IMG/VR virus record: IMGVR_UViG_3300036826_000567 | Location: 1-64,000 of that record | Strand: one strand, 5' to 3' | DNA length: 64,000 bases | From: a virus | In this document: piece by piece, positions 57,559 to 64,000 of the stretch | Layout: each line of letters starts with the position of its first letter | Position numbering within the stretch: position 1 is the first letter of the stretch | The notes under the pieces: generated by a model | What the model saw: the letters and a program-made list of their open reading frames with translations, nothing else | What the model was told of the DNA's origin: nothing | Database searches by the model: none | Position numbers and translations under genes: made by a program

Positions 57559-58155
57559 TTAGTTAGCCTTCAATATTGAAGGGTCAAGCGTTCTGTAGTC
57601 CTGTCGTATCGCCGCAATATCTTCCTCATCGAGGCTGAACCACTCTCCCCGTTGGTGCTTGGCATCAAAGCGCCGGTGGAGTTCTTGCTCTGTCTGCACC
57701 ATATCTGCCGTGGGGATAAGCAGAAGCGTCTCCAGTGGAAATGGCGCGTGGGCCGTCATAGGTGTCAATCGCTTGTAAGGGTCTTCAGTGCGACCAATTT
57801 TGTAGTAGGACTCTCCGCGAATGATGTAGACAAACCCTTTCGATGATTTTGCTGGAGGTGCTCCCTGTGTGACTTTACGTCGTATTGGCATTGGCTGGCT
57901 TGGCAGGCTTCTCTGCCTTTCTCTGGTCGCCATCGCTTCTTCAATTTCATCAAGCGTGGTAAGCCCAGAGCCACGGTCTAGCCAAAATTCACCCGCATGT
58001 CGCGCCAGGTTTTGCATTCTTGGAATCAGGGCTAGTACGCGCTCGCCAATTTCTAAAGCACTGAGTCCTTGGACCTGTGACACCCCAATTACCATCTCGT
58101 GTGGCGATACAAGCCATCTATTCCCGTCCTGATAGATCATGTCTGCAAAGGTCAT
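57559..58155 (-). CDS. GIY-YIG (T5orf172/MUG113-like) domain protein
   Basis: GFVYII...YKIGRT...KRL...EQELHRRF...RGEWFSL. Confidence 0.8.
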   Translation of the reverse strand: MTFADMIYQDGNRWLVSPHEMVIGVSQVQGLSALEIGERVLALIPRMQNLARHAGEFWLDRGSGLTTLDEIEEAMATRERQRSLPSQPMPIRRKVTQGAPPAKSSKGFVYIIRGESYYKIGRTEDPYKRLTPMTAHAPFPLETLLLIPTADMVQTEQELHRRFDAKHQRGEWFSLDEEDIAAIRQDYRTLDPSILKAN

Positions 58156-58298
58156 CTTTCCCCCTCTATCATTATCACACGCCAAAATGTTCACTTGACA
58201 ATATGGTAACATACTGGCATAATTGCTGTCAAGCATTGGCTGTGGTATTCTTTCAATCAAGAGGGGTTGACAACATGCAAACATCAGAGGTGATCCTT

Positions 58299-58478
58299 AT
58301 GGCCGAGAAAAAAGACATTAAACAAACTGCGGTACGTGTTGAGCGTGCCGTACTCAGGAAGGCCAAGTTTTACCTGGATGAGGAAAACAAGAGCCTTCAG
58401 GAGTTCCTAGAGAGCTGCCTTGTTGGCTACGTCCAACAACGTGACCAAGAACGGGAGCGTGACGCCGTCTCCGCCTAG
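58299..58478 (+). CDS. Small RHH-type regulator (Cro/Arc-like position)
   Basis: QTAVRVERAVLRKAK...SLQEFLESCL; first gene of a divergent operon; GAGGTG RBS. Confidence 0.55.
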   Translation: MAEKKDIKQTAVRVERAVLRKAKFYLDEENKSLQEFLESCLVGYVQQRDQERERDAVSA

Positions 58479-58542
58479 CCCCCGTCTCCCTGGTACGCCC
58501 GGTGGTCGGTGCGCGCCGTGTGTTCCTCACTCTGGAGGTGCT

Positions 58543-60132
58543 ATGCCCTTGGACGGACTGTTTTCCGATTCCGGTTTCATCCGTGGCGTTGGCTATCTGT
58601 TCATGGTCGCCGCGTTCATCCGTCTCGTCTTGCTCATCGCGGAGCCTGATGCCTAATGCTGTGTCGTTACCCTGTCCCATGGAGGTGGTATGTCTTTGCC
58701 CTGGCCGCAGTTGTTCTTCGAGACCCTGGCGCTCTTTCCTGCTCCCCCGGCATCGTTGCGGCCCGCGGACTGCTGGCACTGCCTGCGGTCCCGCCCGGCC
58801 TATCGTACGATGCCGTATGGGACCGCTCAAAAAGCCGTGGCACGGTTGTGTCAGCGCCGCTTGCTCGTGCGCGTAGGCCATGGCCGGTATGCTCGCGCCC
58901 CCCTGGCGCCGTAACCCTGTTGGAGGTCTGTGATGCCTGTTGTTATTGCTGGTGCCGTCCCCGTCCAGTCCCTCAATATGCACCAGCGTGCCTGTGAGGT
59001 GTATATCGAGGCCGAGCAAGCGAAGATCCTGCCCGATACGCACCTGATTGCGCTCCTGTGCGACTCCGTGCGATTGGTGCGGGAGAACACGGCCCTGCAT
59101 GCAGAGTGCTTGGCGTTGGCTGGGCGCTTGATCGAGGCCAAAATGGAGATTGAGCGGCTGCGCCACTCTTGTGCCCCGCTGGTGCGCTAACGCTGGAGGT
59201 GTGGTATGGAAAAACGTATTGGTACGTGTGGTTCCTGTGGTGGTGATGTTATGGGCCATCGTGGCGGTTGGATGGGGATCAATCCCCCGCCTCCGGATCA
59301 GTGTCGGTCCTGTGGCGCAGTGGTCCGTGGACAGTCGGATATGCTGGCGATGGGGCCAACGCCCCGCCGTCCGATCCCGCAGGGACCGTCGCGTCCTCGC
59401 ACGCCCTAACCCTGGAGGTGGTCTATGTCCTTGTTGGACGTCTGCCTTGTGAGCCTCGCCGGCCTTGTCGGCGTGGCTCTGCTGACTCTGTGTGTCGGCT
59501 CGCTGCTGCTCTCGCTCCTGGCCGGTGTGCTGGGATTCAGTCTTCCACTTTGGATGCAGGCGCTGGGGGGACTGACGGCCATCGCTGTCTTCTGGGCGGG
59601 GGCCATGCAGCTCGCACAGCCCCCCGCATAATTCTGGAGGTCTCTGATGCTGACCTATCACGTGTGCTGTGCAAAGCCGCTCGCTGGGGCCGTGTGCTGC
59701 CGCACCATGGCCGAGTCGCATCGCTTGTTCTGTGGCGCCATCGAGGCCCTGCGCTGGCATCGCGGGCAACCGTGGGAGCGTGTCGGGCTTCATACGGTGG
59801 TGCGCGAGGATGTCAGCGCTGCTGCGGTGGTAGAGCCGCAACAAGGGCTGTTTCCTGACGTTCCCATGGGGCCCTAACCCTGGAGGTATGCTATGGCGCA
59901 TGATGCCCTCGATGTCATCGCGGAATCCTACAAGTCGCTCGCCCTGTCGCAGCGCTTGGCATTGCGTCTGCATGGCCTGGCCTTCCTGATGCTGGGACTG
60001 GCCCTGCTGGTCTTGGGCTGGGTCGCCTACCAGCAGATCCAGGTGCAGTCCGTGCTGCGCCAGCATACGGATACGCTCACGGTCCAGACGCAGGCCCTGC
60101 AGGTGCTGCTGCAACGCGGCGCTGGACACTAG
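58543..60132 (+). CDS. Run of small hypothetical genes (58543-58656, 58690-58914, 58933-59190, 59206-59409, 59425-59631, 59647-59877, 59893-60132)
   Basis: Each is preceded by a TGGAGGT RBS; several are hydrophobic. Confidence 0.65.
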
Positions 60133-60135
60133 GAG

Positions 60136-60501
60136 GTGCACTTGGCTCGACAGAAACCTCACTATTCGCGGTACTGGTCCCTGTTCTCGCGCTATATTCG
60201 CTATGTCCGGGCTCAGGGGCGCTGTGAGTGCGAAGGGGAGTGTGGATTGCACCGGACGCATCCTGGTCCACGTCGCTGTGTTGAGGTGGATCATCAGCCT
60301 GCAGTCTGGGCCAAGGGCCGCGTGGTGCTTACCGTGGCCCATCTGTGCACATGTGAGCCGCCTTGTACCCTGATTACTCATGTCAAAGCTCTCTGTAACC
60401 GTTGCCACTTGTTGGCCGATGGCCCCTTACATCAGCGTCATGCGGCGGAAACGCGCCGCCAGCAGAAAGAAGCGGCGGGCCAACTCTCGTTTCTGCGCTA
60501 G
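60136..60501 (+). CDS. HNH-like zinc-binding protein
   Basis: RAQGRCEC...VVLTVAHL...KALCNRCHL. Confidence 0.7.
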   Translation: MHLARQKPHYSRYWSLFSRYIRYVRAQGRCECEGECGLHRTHPGPRRCVEVDHQPAVWAKGRVVLTVAHLCTCEPPCTLITHVKALCNRCHLLADGPLHQRHAAETRRQQKEAAGQLSFLR

Positions 60502-60509
60502 GAGCCGCT

Positions 60510-60803
60510 ATGCCTGACACCGATGACCATCCTGACCATCCCTCCATCCCTGATGCGCTGACGCTTGATCCAGTGACCATCGACAACGTGCTGCTGCGGC
60601 GTCTGGTGGAGGAGGTGCAGCAGGATGAGGTGCGTGGGCCACAGCTCTATGACCGCGTGCACAATCGCCACAACCGGGGCGGCCCCACGCGCCCCTGGCC
60701 CACGCCACCGCGGCCTACCCCACCGCGGCCTACCCCACCGCGGCCTACCCCACCGCGGCCCGCGCCTGAGAAGCCGCCGGAGGAGCCAGTGCTGGAGCCG
60801 TGA
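60510..60803 (+). CDS. YhhA-like (triceptide/cyclophane RiPP) precursor-like peptide with a Pro-rich tail
   Basis: IDNVLLRRLVEEV leader followed by a YDRVHNRHNR core; AGGAG RBS. Confidence 0.7.
   Translation: MPDTDDHPDHPSIPDALTLDPVTIDNVLLRRLVEEVQQDEVRGPQLYDRVHNRHNRGGPTRPWPTPPRPTPPRPTPPRPTPPRPAPEKPPEEPVLEP
60705..60760 (+). repeat. 15-bp tandem repeat CCACCGCGGCCTACC x3.7 (encodes PPRPT)
   Basis: Three exact copies plus an 11-bp partial copy. Confidence 0.95.
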
Positions 60804-60962
60804 GGACTGTCGCCCGGCATACCGCACACGGCACCTGTGCTACCCAGTACCCACACTGACACCGCTGCAGCCGTGGCGCCGGCCGTTCGAGGATCTGGCG
60901 GTGGAAGGCATGTTTGAGACGGCCACTAATCGTGGACCGGGCGTTGGTGGGTTGGGGCATGG

Positions 60963-63781
60963 CTATGCCTCCTCTCCTATGACCCACTGGCTCTGATCCT
61001 CGTAGGGATCTTCCCATTCACTCGGCTCTGCGCCAAAGCACACGCCATGGTAGCGATATTGATCATCCGCATTGGTTACGAAGGCCCGTATGGCTATCGT
61101 GCCTTCATGAATCGTCTGGTGACACCGGCTACACAAGCACCCCGGTCCCTCTTCGATATGCGTTGGCCATCGTGTATCCGTAGCGGCGACGGTCAGCGGC
61201 GGAATGTCTGGTACTTCGGGATGGCGATGCCGCACGTGTTGATGTTCCCCGCGCAGATCCTCAAAGGGAATACGGCCTTCCGTCGCGGGGTAGCCACGAC
61301 AGGCCCACTTGAGGTGCAGCTCAATGTTGGGCGCATCGCTGTGCTCATAGGCGCCTGCGCATGGCTTACAGAGCACGGCTATCGCGCCATTGGCCGAAAT
61401 GCCACACACCGCACACCCCCACCCATGATCAGCGACAGGACTGCGCGCCGTGAGGAAGACAATGACCACGGCATTGTTGCCTTCACAGAGGCAACACATG
61501 CCAAACGACGTTTGAGCTGCAATATTCTTTACAGATGGCATGCTTACAGCTCCTCGTGCATCATCTGGATCGCGCACGTCATACAGACGATCAGCGGGTT
61601 GGCAAAGCGGCGCCCGGCAGCTGCTGTCTCCGGCGCTATCCAGACCTGGGCCAGACATTTCCCGCAGGTCTCGCGCTTGGACGGTACGGCCGGCGCCCCA
61701 TCGGTCACCCGCATGCAGACGACCGGCTGTACCTCTTGGGCGGCGTTGAGGTCGTCATAGGACGCAAAGCGTTCGACCTCCAGGTCGGCGTTGAGCTGGA
61801 CCAGGTCCAGGGCATGGCGTTGGTGCTGGGGCATGGTGTTCCTCCTAGCGCGCGACATGGCGCCGCGTACGCCGCTTCGGCAGCCGCTGCGGTTGTTCCT
61901 CCATGGTGGGCCCACCCCATGTCTCGACGACTTGGGTCGCGAGATCGTCCCATGCCTGCTGCATGGAGGCCGGGAGCACGTCCCAGGGCGCGAGCAGCGC
62001 TGCCGGGCGTACCCGCAACTGGTACATCTCATAGGCGATATGGCCGAGGGATTTGCCCTGGCGCACGTACCGAGGGGTGAAGACGGTCGTATGCTCGATC
62101 ATGCGGATTGCCTCGCGTTTCTCTCAATCGCCAGGATGGCGGTGACGAGCTTGTCATGGCCTGTCTCCTTGAGAAAGCCCATCACCGCGCCCAAGGCAAA
62201 GAGCAAGGTGAACTGGTCGCATGGCCCGTCGGCCAGATCGTGGAGCGTGGTCAGCAGTTCGGCTTCGGTCATGGTGCTCCCTCACGCTGTGCGGGTTCGG
62301 GGTATCGCGGTGCCGTATAGGATTCCAGGGTCAAGAGTCCTCCATGTTCCAGGACAATGCGCTCATGTCCATCGACATGCAGGAGCGTGGCGACGCCATT
62401 CTCGTCATATTCCACGACGAAGCATGCTATCTCACGCATGGCGCTGCATTTGCCTGCGCCTGGCTAACCCGCCTTGCGAGGTCCAGCATGGCGGCGGCGA
62501 TCTCGCTATAGCCCTCGTGCTCGAGCCAGCCGAGCAGCGTGCCGACCGCGAATCCAAAGGTATTCTGGTCGCACGGACCCTCGGCTAGTGCGTAGAGCGT
62601 GGCGAGGAGTTCGTCTTTGGTCATGGGGTTCTCTCTTCTCTCTGGGTCAGCGCGAGTACCCGCCCACAGCATCCTGCCCGTAAGGGGTTGAACACAATGG
62701 GGTGAAACGCGCCGTTGCAACACGCAATCTGGGGGCCACTCCCTGCCTGCTTCCCCTGTTGCAGTTCCTGATAGCGTCGGCGGTACTCCAGCGTATTCGC
62801 ACGCACGCCGGGGAAGAGTGGCGCGGGCCGTGGCTTGGGCGTGTAGCAGTGCGAACAGCAGACGTAGGGTGGCTGGTCGCAGAGACCACCACAGTGGCCA
62901 CATACGCCCTGGTCTCGCCAGGTGCGATACTGCGCGTGCGTCGGCATGACTGTCCTCCTGCGTGCTAGCGTTGCCCCATCTGCCGCACGCCTTGCCGCGG
63001 TGGGGCCGTGATGTCCGCCTCGGCGACCGCCTCGGGATAGCGGTCGCCGGTCCATTCGTGGACGAGATCATAGGTGATATGGGGCGTAGCATCCGGGTGA
63101 TAATGCCGCTGCACTACGCGCCAGCGATCCGGGTTCCCGCGCACGCCGACTGACTCATCGAGTTCATAGCGAAAGAGGACGCGGTGGCGTTTAGCGCCCA
63201 TGAAGGTTGTCCTCATGGAAGACATGGCAATTGCCACAATAGCGCTGTCGCACATCTTCGAGGTGCCAACTGGCACGACCGCACGTCATGCAGAGAATGC
63301 CCTGCGCCCCATTTGGCCGTGTAATGATGAGGTAGCGATCCTCCGTGGAATGCACAATCCAGTCCGCACGTAAACCTATGATCGGCGCCACCATTCCCTC
63401 CTACAGTGCCGGCCATGCTTCGCCTTTGACCGCCGCCTCTAGCCACCGCGTCGCCCACGCCAGCGCTGGTCCCGGCCACTCCACCGCCACTGGCCCGGTC
63501 GTGACGACCTGCCGCGGCGTCAGCACCCAGAGGAGCCACTGGCCCGGCTTCCGGGCTGAGCCGATCTGGTAGACGAGGGCGTCCTGATAGGCACCGCTGC
63601 CTAGCAGCCCGAGGAGCCGCTGCCAGAACCACCAGGCCGCGTCACTGGCCCCCCAGGCAGGCCCATGTAACGCCAGCGCCGCCGTCCAGAGGGTGCCAAG
63701 ACGCGAGGGAATCTCTAAGACCTGCGACGGCAGGCTGAATTGGTAGACCTCGGGACGGGGGAGGGTTGAGGTGTCGTGCAT
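60963..63781 (-). CDS. Run of small hypothetical genes (60963-61541, 61544-61834, 61845-62102, 62427-62624, 62621-62947, 62965-63201, 63191-63394, 63401-63781)
   Basis: Tightly packed minus-strand ORFs with GGAG RBS sequences; many Cys pairs. Confidence 0.55.
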
Positions 63782-64000
63782 CGGGCTTACCTCCGTCTTA
63801 TATCGCGCAGAGCGAGGCTCTCATAGTTGACGGCTACTAGCTTCCACTGCAGTTTGACCTCGTCATAGCGCAAGGTGTAGGTGACATCGGGAATGAGGCC
63901 ATCACTGGCGGGCTCGCAGATCGTCGTAGGAAACCGCGCCATAAAGGCCCCATTGCCGTCGAGATACTTCTCCGCAAAGGTGACATGGAGTGGTGGACGG

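Noticed and set aside
58354-60408. 684-aa minus-strand ORF
   Set aside because: Antisense to a run of small plus-strand genes that each have a strong RBS; composition is typical of a GC-rich shadow frame.
1-64000. Genome-wide stop-codon reassignment, tRNA genes, integrase
   Set aside because: TGA, TAG and TAA all end well-defined genes and only the MuF gene has an internal stop. No tRNA cloverleaf or recombinase motif was recognised by eye.

Overview
A ~64 kb stretch of a temperate, siphovirus-type phage genome that probably replicates as a plasmid prophage: it has a ParA/RHH partition pair and an HTH replication initiator with six internal iterons, and no integrase is seen in the window. 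Order: partition/nuclease operon (minus strand, 1-2.5 kb); lambda GpA-type terminase, portal, MuF minor head protein, scaffold, major capsid and head-tail genes (3.6-24 kb); two tail-tube paralogues, chaperones, tape measure and tail tip, then five signal-peptide-bearing fibre/lectin-like genes (24-44 kb); TnpB, a Gp3-like recombination factor, a DNA methyltransferase, a primase-helicase, the initiator and many small genes (44-64 kb). Most interesting: a module at 10.35-12.26 kb with a nuclease-less IS110/Nop-like RNA-binding protein (TasA-like) and seven hairpin-enclosed CC(A/T)-N9-TG-N4-CC(A/T)-N9-TG dual-spacer units (TIGR-like). Three of these units lie inside the protein's own reading frame. 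Other highlights: an in-frame UGA at the conserved Cys of the MuF HPxCRS motif followed by a SECIS-like hairpin; an orphan YhhA-like RiPP precursor; an orphan TnpB omegaRNA-like end at the terL stop codon; and a 56-bp inverted repeat bracketing the partition operon. All family assignments come from motif recognition by eye; no database searches were run.
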